DNA from: Lama glama
Lineage: Eukaryota
Assembly (NCBI GenBank): GCA_028534125.1
Contig: CM052824.1
Span: 60,140,001 to 60,204,000 of the forward strand
Direction: 5' to 3'
Length of the DNA: 64,000 nucleotides
Below, piece after piece: positions 36,440 through 46,680 of this stretch. The position numbers and the translations under genes are program-made. The notes beneath the pieces are model-generated. The model was given only the letters and a program-made list of their open reading frames with translations, was not told the origin of the DNA and did no database searches. Within the stretch, counting starts at the first letter, position 1. Each line of letters starts with the position of its first letter.

Positions 36440-36628
36440 NNNNNNNNNNNNNNNNNNNNNNNNNNNNNNNNNNNNNNNNNNNNNNNNNNNNNNNNNNNNN
36501 NNNNNNNNNNNNNNNNNNNNNNNNNNNNNNNNNNNNNNNNNNNNNNNNNNNNNNNNNNNNNNNNNNNNNNNNNNNNNNNNNNNNNNNNNNNNNNNNNNNN
36601 NNNNNNNNNNNNNNNNNNNNNNNNNNNN
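36440..36628. other. Assembly gap (189 N)
   Basis: N-run inside the CpG island. Confidence 0.99.
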
Positions 36629-36991
36629 CGAGGAGGAAAAGTTGCTCTCCCCTTTCGTCAACTTTTCGCTAACTTTCGCTTTTCGCTCCCCTCCACCCCC
36701 AGCCCTCCCCCTCCGCCCCCCTCTCCAGCCCCCACCGCGCGCCTCGGGTTCCCGGGCCCGAGCGCCTGACACTGGGGGGGGGAGGGGGTTCGGCGAGGAG
36801 GGGGCCGGCGCCTTCGGGGAGCGCGCGGCCCGGGCGCCCCGAGCCTCCGCGCCGAGCCCGGCGGCCCCGGAGCGCGGGAGGCGGAGCAGCCCCCGGGCCG
36901 CGCGGCCGATCCGGGGGCCGAGAGCCTGAGGCGCGCCGGCCGCGCCCCGACGCGCACCCCTGGCCCGGGCGCCCCGGCCCCGGGGCCCGGG

Positions 36992-37315
36992 NNNNNNNNN
37001 NNNNNNNNNNNNNNNNNNNNNNNNNNNNNNNNNNNNNNNNNNNNNNNNNNNNNNNNNNNNNNNNNNNNNNNNNNNNNNNNNNNNNNNNNNNNNNNNNNNN
37101 NNNNNNNNNNNNNNNNNNNNNNNNNNNNNNNNNNNNNNNNNNNNNNNNNNNNNNNNNNNNNNNNNNNNNNNNNNNNNNNNNNNNNNNNNNNNNNNNNNNN
37201 NNNNNNNNNNNNNNNNNNNNNNNNNNNNNNNNNNNNNNNNNNNNNNNNNNNNNNNNNNNNNNNNNNNNNNNNNNNNNNNNNNNNNNNNNNNNNNNNNNNN
37301 NNNNNNNNNNNNNNN
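36992..37315 (-). other. PRDM16: Assembly gap (324 N) predicted to contain the TSS, 5'UTR and short coding exon 1 (MRSKARARKLAK) of PRDM16
   Basis: N-run is seen directly. Its content is inferred from its position at the core of the CpG island, directly before the intron-1-like sequence. Confidence 0.5.
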
Positions 37316-37334
37316 CACTTATCTCTCTCCCCCC

Positions 37335-37490
37335 NNNNNNNNNNNNNNNNNNNNNNNNNNNNNNNNNNNNNNNNNNNNNNNNNNNNNNNNNNNNNNNNNN
37401 NNNNNNNNNNNNNNNNNNNNNNNNNNNNNNNNNNNNNNNNNNNNNNNNNNNNNNNNNNNNNNNNNNNNNNNNNNNNNNNNNNNNNNNNNN
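37335..37490. other. Assembly gap (156 N)
   Basis: N-run, separated from the previous gap by a 19-nt island CACTTATCTCTCTCCCCCC. Confidence 0.99.
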
Positions 37491-40400
37491 GTCGCGTCGC
37501 GCTGCTGCTCCCGCCCCAGCCGGGGCCAAAGATGGAGGGGCGGCTGCGTTTGTCCCCCAGACTTCCTTGCTTATGGGGGCAAACGCGCCGACAGTTTGGA
37601 CGCGGTTCTGGCTGGTTTTGCTTCGTTTCACTGCATTTTATTACTAATTAAAGAGCTTTGCGTTCACCGTCGCCCCAGCCTGCCTTCCTCCCTGTCTCTC
37701 CCCTCGGCCCCGTCCCCTGCCCGCGATCGCCCGAACCCGGCTCCTCCGAAGCCCCCTTCGGGCCCCGCCACCCCCCTCGGGCCTCCCCGGCCCCCGCCCC
37801 CTCCCCTTCGCCCCCACCCAACCGCTCTTGCTTCGGGCTTCGCGGCTCAAAAACAGCAGCGCAGCGCAGCCGGCTCCGCGCTCCCCACCGCCCGGCCGGC
37901 GGGCGGGACTCGGCCCCGCCGCCCTCGGCCCCGCGCGGAGCCGCGGGGAGCAGCGCGCTGGGCGCTGAGGACTGGGCGCCGGAGCAGTTGTCCGAACGCC
38001 GGGCGCCGGGCGCCTCGCCGCCCTCGGGGCGGGCCCGCGCTCTCCTGCCTCCGCGGCCCCAGGTGAGTACCCAGGGGCGCGAGCGCCCGAGCTGGGCCAC
38101 CTCGGGCGATCGGGGCCTCTGGGGACACTTCCCCCTTGCCTCTCGCGGCCCAGGTGCGTCTCGGGCGAGAGAGCCGGCGGAGCAGGTGGAAGAGCGCCGG
38201 CGGGAGCCGACGGGGTGCTGCTTCTGCCCCGCAGCCCTCAAACTCGGAGGTGCGGCCGCGGAGGGGCAGGCTGGGCGCCGGCAGGGTGTCCGGGCCCAGG
38301 GGCCTGGTGGGGACAGTGGGAATTGCCATTCGGCTATGTCTGGGATTCGAGAATGAATTGGAAGCAAATGGAGGCGTTGACCCCCGCGCCCTCTCCAGTA
38401 GCAGGGTTCTGCCAGGCTGCAGGACTCGGAGCTGCCGCAGCGTCAGCCCGAGCCCAGGAGGCGTCGTGCTAGCGGTGGGGGCCTCTGCCACCCCGGGTGG
38501 GCTCCGGGCCGTGCCCCTCCCTTTGTTGTGCATGAGACCCGGAGCGCCTCCGGCTGGGACTGACATTCGGAGCCCCGGGCCATTGCCAGAAAAGAGGTGA
38601 ACTGGCGATGGCCAAAGAGCTAACCCCGAGACCCCAGGGTCCTAGTAAAGGGACCCTGATGGAGAAGGGCACGTGGCCAATGCTATTCCAGAGGAAAAAG
38701 CCTGACGGAGCCAGGGTGGTCAAAAGCCAGGGGCGGCAGAGCTCTGGGCCTTCCGCGCTCGCATCTCCGCAGTCCACAGCTGCCTCCCTGCTGGGATTCG
38801 AACCCCGACGGAGCCCCCACTGCTCAGGGGGCATCCAGTCTTGCGCCGGCGCTGACTGGGCCAGAGAAGGCGCTCTCTGCCGGGCTCTCTTTCCCGCTGA
38901 CCGTCACCTCTGCCGTTTCCGGCCCTAGGTGAGTGTTGCCCTTAGCGGTGGCGCCGAGTTCCTCGGCAGCTCAGTCCCATCGCCTGCCGCCCTTCCAGGG
39001 CCTTGTCGCCCCTGCCCCATCCAGTCCCACAGCCTGACTGTCTTCTCCTGGGCTGGGCGGACAACCCCTGGGCTGAGAGGGTCCCTGGGCCTTGCTGCCA
39101 GGCTCTCAGGGACTTGGAGGGGAGTCCCCACGGGAAACTAGGGCATGGCTGCAGGCCCTAGTGATCTCAGAACCCCCTCATGCTCGGGGTATGGGGTGTG
39201 GGGGTCGCTGGGAGAGGGAGGAGGGCTGGAGACCCTAGCTCTGGAGCTGTTGGCTTAATTCAGCCAAGGCAGGCTCCAGCCTGCAGGCCAAAATGGATTG
39301 GGTTGGTGTCTGGAGAAAACACAAACACAAGGTCACCCTCACACCTCGGCACCCCAGGACCCCACCTGCCTGGATCCTCCCGGTAAGGCTGAGTGTGAGG
39401 CCTGGGGGAAATGCAGAGGCTCCCGTGAAGTCCTCTCCCTGCAGAGAGCGTCCCTCCCCCACCCCACCCCCTGCCCTGCATGGCTTCCTCTGCCCTGGAG
39501 GCAGCCCGCGGGACCCAAGGTTAGGAAGATCCAGCCTTCCTGTGGAGGTGGGGAGTGCCCAGTTCACCAGGCCCTCTCCACGCTCCCTCCCTCAGCTCAG
39601 AGGGTTGGAGCCCTGGCCAAACTGGGCCAGGACCCCCTACAGACTCTGGGACTGCACCTTCGCAGGGGCCTGGGGAAGGCCGGCAGGAGTCTGGGCTCAG
39701 GGCCTGCTGTTCCCGGGGCCATGGAGAGTGGGGAGGACGATAGCTAGGAACCTGCCTGGGGAGGGGTAATCTAGTGATTAGGGATAACCAGGGAGACCGC
39801 CGAGGTGCTGAAACCCCCAGGGCGCTCTCTCAGATCATACCCAATTGGTGAGAAAAGCCCAGGCAGGCCGTCCCCAAGGCCATGGCCTTGGCCGAGGCTG
39901 GGTCCTGGTCTGGCCAGGCCCTGCCCCCGCGTGGCGAGACTTAGACCTGACGGAGCCGGTCAGGTCTCTCAGAGTCCTGAGGAGCAAAAGCGTGGATCAG
40001 GGAAACCAGACACAGGTCCTCCAGGCACCCAGCTCTGCATCCTGTCCACCACTGACGTTTGGAGACTTGGAGAAACGGGCTGGGCCAGTGGGGGGCTCTG
40101 CAGGAAGAGGGGCAGTTTTCAGCTCAGTCGTCCTTGGAGGTTTAAAGGCCATTTTCAAACCAAGCAGAACTTTGGGGATTCTTGTGGCCGAGGCTGGGAC
40201 TAGGGAACCCCGAATGGGGGGGGTGCAGAGATACTGTCCACCATCCCCCCCCCAGTGACCACCTCAGGGGCTTCCGGCTCTGTCAGCTTGTCCAAGGCCG
40301 GTGATGTGTGGGTTGGCTGTAGAGATGTGCTTTACACTGTATAGAGTTTGGAACAGACTTGCTCGCTGGGGTCTAGGGGACTGGAGGGGGCTTTTACCAG

Positions 40401-42049
40401 CAACTTCTGTCACATTTTAGAGTCCCTCTTCAGCCCAGAGCTCAGCCCCCTCCCAGCCTTTTCAGCAAGCAGGGAGGTGCGGCTGGAGACCCAAGACCAC
40501 AGGGGCTCCTCTGGGGAAGAGCAGGGTTTGGGCGAGAGTGAGCGCAGGTGGTCCTGCAGGGCGGTAGGAAGCCCCGCTGTGGGCGAGCAAAGAGGGTCCC
40601 CAGACCCAGGGCTCCTGAGATGCCACGAGTGGTAAACCACACAGGCACACCCGACACTCCTGGAGTCCATGCACTTCGAGGCTGGAGGGGCACTTTGCTC
40701 AGCCAGGACGGGGGCCGAAGGCCAGCTTGATGAGGCCGGGTATCTGGAGAGGAGGTCCGCACTGTGAGGTCTGTGTGCCTGGAGGTGCAGGCTCAGAGCC
40801 GCCCGGCTGCCCTGCCCAGGCCCTCAGGCCCGGGGAGCCCGGCTGCAGACGGCGTGCTGGGAGGTGAGAACTGGCAGCCAAAGAGCCAGATGCCCCGACG
40901 GCCAGGTCCCCGCTGCTCTCCTCCACATCGCCCTTGGCGCTCCTTGAACTTGGCCGCCGGCTTCAGCTGCTCGGTCTCCGGGCTCTGTCAGTTTCCAGCT
41001 GTTCACCCTCTGGTTCCTGCTCAGAGAAGAGTAGCTGAGAGAATAAAAGCCCTTAGCTTACATGAGGGCTCCTCCCCAAGACCCCGAAACTGCCCTGCAA
41101 GGGGGTCCAGAGCCCCAGGCTTTGGTGGGCTGGCCAAGGTGGGGGTCTCCTCTGGGTGCATTCTGCCCTACGCTAGGTGGAAGCAGCCCCCATGTGAGCA
41201 ACAGAAGGAGACCATGAGGGATTCTTGGGGACGAGCTGGTTTGGCTCCCACTATGCCAAGGAAAAAACGGAGGTGGTCTTGGCCCCTTGCAGGGGACCCA
41301 GCGAGACTGAATGCAGAGGCCTTCCAGCCTAGGGTGAAGGTTGTTTGGTGGAGAGGGGGCACAGACAATCTACAGAGCCTTTTCTTCCTCAGCCTGGCCT
41401 CTGCACAGGTCCACTGCGGTGCTCCCCCCGGCACCATGCCTCAGCTCCAGACCGGGGCCACAGCAGCCTCCCTGGACTCCGGGGTTAATATGTCAGGCCC
41501 CCTTTTGCATTTCTTCCTACCCTAGGCCCAGAGACACCGCTGTGACCCAGAGGAGTTTAGAGAACAGAAGGACCTAGGACTAGATTTCTAGCTCAGCAAG
41601 ATCAGAAGCCACGTGGCAAGGCTGCTCCCCACGCAGCTCAGAGCGGAGGCCTGCTGGCACCCACGCCCAGTCCCTGGCTCTGGAGTGGGTCGCAGAGAGG
41701 GTTGGGGTCGCTCCCAATCAAGACTTCCCAGGAATGTGAACCATGTAGCTGACTTCGAACAAACCCCAGATGTTTGGAAGCCTACTTCCTTCTCTAGCAG
41801 GAGGACGCTGTCTCTTGCAGACGGACAGGCGGCCTCCCGGGAGGGCCTCGGTAATTTCTCTGCCCGGATCTGCGTCCTGGAGTCCTGGCTAGGGCCACCA
41901 TCTCTCAGGAGCGCAGATGCCTGTGAGTTAGCACCCGGGACTGCCATGTGTTTGGGGGGATGTGCTCAGGAGTTTGGTTCTCTCTCTCTCTCTTTTAAGA
42001 GATTGAGGCTGTGGGCCTGAACTCCCTCATTTGAGCCAGGGTGGGAGTC

Positions 42050-42720
42050 GGCTCCAGCATCTCGGCCCAAACTCGCACCCCAAAAAGCGCTGGAAGAGGC
42101 CGGCGACCCCTTCCCCCGCGGCGCGCGTGTTGGGTGGGACTCAGCGGCTCGGTGGCGGCGCTCCTGCGGCCGCGCGCGGGCTCCGGCTGCTGCCTCGGAG
42201 AGGAATAAACGGAATCGGTTTCCCACGCTTTCCCTCCCCATCCCAGAACCTTTAAAACCTCGCGAACGAATTCCGTTGCCCAGTTTGTGCTGATCCCGAG
42301 CCTCGCGTTCAGCCTGCGCGCCGAGTCGCCAGCGCCGCCTGGACAAGGGACCCTCGCGCCGCCCGCACCCCGGGGCCGCCCGCCCGCGCACGCGGGGAGC
42401 AACTTCGTTCCCCGGAGAGCCCTGGCCCTGCGGAGCGAGCAGAGCTCCGCGCGGCAGAGGTGGCCCTGTGGCCGCTCCGGAACTCGGCCCGCGTGGTCGC
42501 GGCCGCCGCCGCCTCCTGCTCCCGGTGCCGGCCGCGCGCGGGCAGCGCCCTGGCAGCAACGAAAACCGCCAACCGCGCCGCTTTCCCGGGGTCCGAGTCT
42601 CGGGAGCCTCTGGGTGGGAGTCCGCTCCCCGCGTCCCCAGACTCCCCAGAGCCCGGCACGCCGGGCTGCCTAGTAACCGAGCAGACTCCCCAAGCCGGCT
42701 AGCCCCCGAATCCACACCTG
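42050..42720. promoter_or_regulatory. CpG island ~5 kb upstream of the main promoter
   Basis: Dense CGCG/GCCGCC sequence against a CpG-poorer background. Confidence 0.8.
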
Positions 42721-42854
42721 GGTTTGCAAAGCGGCCTCCTCTGCGTCCTCTAGACCTTGGTCCCCGCCCCCATACCACCGACCCTCTTAGTTTGGAAACC
42801 AAATTTCGCCTTTGGTCCCACCGGCTCCTGCTCAGGCGTAACCCTGGAAACATT

Positions 42855-42930
42855 CTCCCCGCCTCGATTTCCCCACCTGTGAAATGGGGCAGACATTCCT
42901 GTGCCCCACTCAGGGTTGATGTGGGGTTGG
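42855..42930 (+). mobile_element. MIR fragment
   Basis: GCCTCGATTTCCCCACCTGTGAAATGGGG...CAGGGTTGATGTG matches the MIR core. Confidence 0.6.
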
Positions 42931-44334
42931 CGGGGAGAGCGGATGATGGAAAACGCACAACGGGGCCCAGCGCTGCCCTCCTTTGGGGGCCACGTTTGTG
43001 CTGGTGGGGCTCTGAGGTCCTGCCCAGACCGGAAGGGGCTCAAGGTCACTCCTGAGTGATCGCTGCCATCGCTTCCATCCCTGCCCCTCGCCTCCCTCCC
43101 CTCTGCCAGAACGCCCTTCTCAGGGGGGTTGGCGGGGCAGATGTGAGTGTCCAGCTGGGCGCCCAAGTGTCTCCTCCCTGCCCGCGGACAGTGTTTTGGT
43201 CGATTATCTCAGGTTCCCTTGGGGTTCAGATCTCGTGGTACCACTGGGCACCCCAAATCTCGCAAAGGGAGGGTGCTGGGGCTGCCCGGGGAGGGAGGGC
43301 AGCAACAGAAGCCCTGGTTCCGGCTGAGCTCCTAGAAAGGGATTTGCCCGTGTCCCTCCCTCTCCGCATGCAGTGGGTGAGGGCGGCGGTGGCGGGTGGG
43401 TGTTCTCCAGGCAGGAGGGCGGGCGTGTCTGGGTGGGGCCCTGGGGTGTGACCTTGGGCTTTGGAATCAGCCCTTAACCTAACCCGCTGGGTGGTGGCAG
43501 AGGGGCTGGGGGAGCAAGGGTAGGGGCCACAGCCTGAGCACACTGTCCAGGCTGCCCATTGCATCTGGGCAGAACCGTTGGGGGACAGGAGGTGGGGAAT
43601 GGGGTGCCGAAGGGGGCGCCACGTGGACATACCCTGCCCAGCTCCTCTCTGCTTGCTACTAAACCAGTCATCGCTGCCGGCTTCCTGAACCGGCAGGAAA
43701 AGGGCAGAGACTGGGACAGCCCCAGGCAGGGAAAAAATTACCTCTTGTGCTGAGTGATCCAAAGCTGATGGCATCAGTCAGGGATTCCTGTCCCCTGGGG
43801 TAGGGCCACCTGCTCCTGACCCTGGAGCCCGATCCCACAACCCTAGGGCTCTAGGAAGGGAGCAGGGCACACGCAGTTCTCTGCTCTGCTGCCGGCAGCC
43901 AGGGCTCAGCCACCTCCGGGGCAGTGGGCTCCCTCGCCCTCCCACCTCCCACATCCAATGAAGGACGGGTGACTGGAGTGGCAGGGACACGCTTACACAG
44001 AGCCCTGCACCCCTGCAGCTCAGGCAGGTCCAGGGACCTGACTGAGGACTGTGTGCCGGGACTGGGTACTCGGGTGGGGATGGCAGCCTCCTGGCCCTGA
44101 GCAGCCCCTCACTCGTGGGGCACATACCCCCACCCCGCCCACCCTGTGATATCAGTGGAATCAGAATGAGAGTAGGGGGCAGCAGAGGGATTCCCGGGCA
44201 CTGGCCCCAGGCTCACCCAGGACGCCTTTCCTGGCAAGCAGACAGCATGGGGGTGGGGGGCAGGAGGAGCTTAGCTTAGAGCCAGCTCCTTCCCTAGTCC
44301 CCCTGGGAGCCTGGGTCAGCCCCTCCCCCCAGCT

Positions 44335-44430
44335 TCCTGGGCACCCCAGTTTCCTGCTGTGTAATATGGAGGCAGACAAGCCAGGGTATTGTGGGGACAG
44401 TCGCATGCAGGGGCGGTGCCTGGTGCTTCC
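44335..44430 (+). mobile_element. MIR fragment
   Basis: CCCAGTTTCCTGCTGTGTAATATGG...GGGTATTGTGGGGA...GTGCCTGG. Confidence 0.5.
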
Positions 44431-44769
44431 CGGGAGCATTTTGGGTTGTTGGAGCAGGGACTGCCAGCGGCAGGGGTCCCTGTGCCCTCTCACCCCTCCA
44501 CTCCCAGAACTGAGCTGGATTCAGGGAGGGCAGCTCCGCACTCCCTTGCTGGACACAGAGGGCAAGTCAGACCCGGACTGAGGACTGGGCTCCCCTCCCC
44601 GTGCAGGGTCTTAAGCTCCCAGAGTCAGGCCCCACCCTCTTGACCTTGGCCTGCCCTAGTCTTGCCTGGTCAGCTGGTCTCCTGGCACCTGCCGTTGGGC
44701 AGTGCTTCTCCCAGGTCCACAGCCTGCCCCAGGGAGGCCAAGGCTCGCAGACCATGCCGCAGGTTTAGC

Positions 44770-44857
44770 ATTTACTCGCTTATTCACTCACTCATTCATT
44801 TCACGGACGAATGGCCAGAGGCCTGGTGAGGCCTGTGTTCCTGGAACTCACAGTCCC
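44770..44857 (-). mobile_element. L2 3' end fragment (left member of inverted pair)
   Basis: (TTCA/CTCA)n tail followed by CCTGTGTTCCTGGAACTCACAGTC, similar to reverse L2 CCTGCCCTCAAGGAGCTCACAGTCTAG. Confidence 0.6.
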
Positions 44858-44881
44858 ACGTGAACGGGAAGGCTCTTTCCT

Positions 44882-45003
44882 CCAGCAGACCTGTGGTTTT
44901 CAGCACAGCTTACGTGCCCCCACCCCCACCCAGGTCCCAGTGCCTGGCCCACGCCTGGGAGTGTGTTTGGAGCTCAGTGCATGGAAGAATGAATGAATGA
45001 ATG
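44882..45003 (+). mobile_element. L2 3' end fragment (right member of inverted pair)
   Basis: CAGACCTGTGG...CCCAGTGCCTGGCCCACGCCTGG...GCTCAG followed by a (GAAT)n tail. Confidence 0.65.
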
Positions 45004-45559
45004 GAGAGTGCTGAGGGACTCGAAAGTGACCCTCGGATTTCCAAAAGCTGATTTCAGCCCCAGAGGAGGCTGAGGAGGGCGGGGCAACCTCCCAGGCCGG
45101 CAGTGGAGGCAGCAGCCCTGTGTAAGTGCCGGGGCTGAGTGCCCTGTCCTTCTGTCTCTGTTAAAAATTCTTATTTTTCGGGGGACTAAGAGCCGAGGTA
45201 ATTCTTATTTCCCTTTTCCCGGTTACACTGCCTCACGTCTGACTTGCAAAGGGTTGCCCTACATTCAGCAACCAATGCCAAGTGGCAGGGATGCAGCAGC
45301 GGGCAAGCCAACCAGGTCCCCTGCTGCGTGGTGCGCAATTCGGAAAAGGGCAGCTTGCTTGCTGGGGGGGGCGAGTGGGTGGGGCTTAGCGGGGTGACGG
45401 GGGTGGGGGGCAGGGGACGGGGGCTGAAGGAATGTCCTGGGGAGAATTGTGGTCTCTCCCTGGGGCTCCCTGGCCCAGAGTGATGGAGCCCAGTGGGTGC
45501 CAGGCAGGATGCTGGCAGGCCAATTCACTCCCGCCCCTGGGCTGCATCACAATGCATGT

Positions 45560-45685
45560 GGTCCTCCCAACCATCCCATGCAGAGGAGCTGCAGTCCAGG
45601 AAACTGATACTCAAAGGGACAGGAACATTCCACGGAGGCAGCAGAGCAGGACTCACCTGCCTGACCGCAGAGCCCTGCTCCAGGT
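45560..45685 (-). mobile_element. MIR fragment
   Basis: CAGTCCAGGAAACTGATACTCAAAGGG...GCAGAGCAGGACTC...CTGACCGCAGAGCCC. Confidence 0.45.
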
Positions 45686-45989
45686 GATGCCCAGCAGAAT
45701 CTGTCTAGGGAGTGCGCCGGAGCTGCGGAGGGAGGGGTCTCTGTCTGGGACCTTCCCTGGGTTTCATGCGGTGCCAGGAGAGTGGGCCCCGGAGGGCAAT
45801 CACCACACGCCCCTCTGGACAATGGCTGAGATGTCTAATTGCTTGTGTCCAGAAGGACTCAGCCACTAGGGGCTTGAATGTCCTCAGCTGTCCCTAGGGA
45901 GACAGGGCCCCTCTCAGGGCGACCACCCCAGGACTGTTCTGGGGCACAGGCCAGGGGTTTGGGGGGCCCAGTTCGGGCTAGCGTGACAA

Positions 45990-46680
45990 GCAAGTTGGGC
46001 TCAGAATACGGGCTTCTAGGGAGAAATTTCCAATCATGAAGTGTGTCATTGGAAAAAATATATGTGTCAGTCACGTGTGCTCTGAGCCCAGGCCCCGTGG
46101 GACCCAGTTGTGCTAATAAACATGAATAAGCCAGTTTTCACATTAGAGAAATAACAGTTTCTAGTAGAAACGTGGTGCTTTTAAAAGAGGCTAATTAATA
46201 AGCAGCAGGTGATTGTTCGTGGCACGTTGTGGCAGAGGGTAGTTTTCATCTTAGAGGAGAGAGGGGCCAAATGACCCCCTACACACACACACACACACAC
46301 ACACACACTCAGATTTTTTGTGTAGTAATCACCTTGGCTTCACCTCCGCCTTTAATTTTTACAGCTGGAGCTGTTTTATCATCGCTCCAACTTTCACTAA
46401 AAAGGAAAAACTATCACTTAAACAAAGCCATTGAAAACTCAGCATCGTATGTGGGCTTCTTAACACAAATAGATCATACACACCAAGATTTATGCTCTCC
46501 ACGTGACGTCATTCGCCAAACGCTGCCTTCCCAATCAAGGCCACAGTTAGGGATTTTCCTTTTGTGTGTGTGCCTTTTGCAAAATAAAAAACGCCACTTG
46601 GGCGTCCTTTTCTCCGCTCGGCCCAGGACGTCGGAGAGGCCTCTGCCTGGGTCAGCCCCACGGAACTGGCTCTAAATGGT
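45990..46680. promoter_or_regulatory. Candidate conserved AT-rich regulatory element / lncRNA 3' end
   Basis: AT-rich unique sequence with CTAATTAAT, overlapping CACGTG/TGACGTCA (46,500-46,511), two AATAAA hexamers and an (AC)14 tract. Confidence 0.45.
46281..46308. repeat. (AC)14 microsatellite
   Basis: Perfect dinucleotide run. Confidence 0.95.

Larger units (their letters stand above)
1..37315 (-). other. PRDM16: 5' portion of PRDM16-like gene (exon 1 inferred inside N-gap, then start of large intron 1 running off the left end of the window)
   Basis: Minus-strand sequence leaving the gap at 36,991 (CCCGGGCCCCGGGGCCGGGGCGCCCGGGCCAGGGGTGCGCGTCGGGGCGCGGCCGGCGCGCC...) resembles my recollection of the start of human PRDM16 intron 1. 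The layout of a large promoter CpG island with satellite islands ~4-5 kb either side and a divergent transcript also fits. No coding exon is visible over 37 kb, as expected for a huge first intron. Identification is from memory, not a database search. Confidence 0.65.
35050..38900. promoter_or_regulatory. Main CpG island / bidirectional promoter
   Basis: Extremely high GC and CpG density (runs of GGCGGCG, CGCGCG, GC boxes). Contains three N-gaps, typical of hard-to-sequence GC-rich promoters. Confidence 0.9.
38000..46600 (+). ncRNA. PRDM16-DT: Putative divergent lncRNA (PRDM16-DT / LINC00982-like); boundaries approximate
   Basis: + strand donors CAG|GTGAGT (38,062) and TAG|GTGAGT (38,928). 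Acceptors with long pyrimidine tracts ending in AG at 41,999 and 42,246. AATAAA at 46,115-46,120 and 46,583-46,588. Human and mouse PRDM16 have a divergent lncRNA in this position. No expression evidence available. Confidence 0.4.

Noticed and set aside
35687-37631. 543-aa, 320-aa and similar ORFs spanning N-runs (also 30,469-31,041 and 56,014-56,775)
   Set aside because: Their length is an artefact of untranslatable N gaps.
41966-43055. 330-aa and 195-aa overlapping ORFs at the upstream CpG island
   Set aside because: CpG-island shadow ORFs; one reads through a MIR relic.
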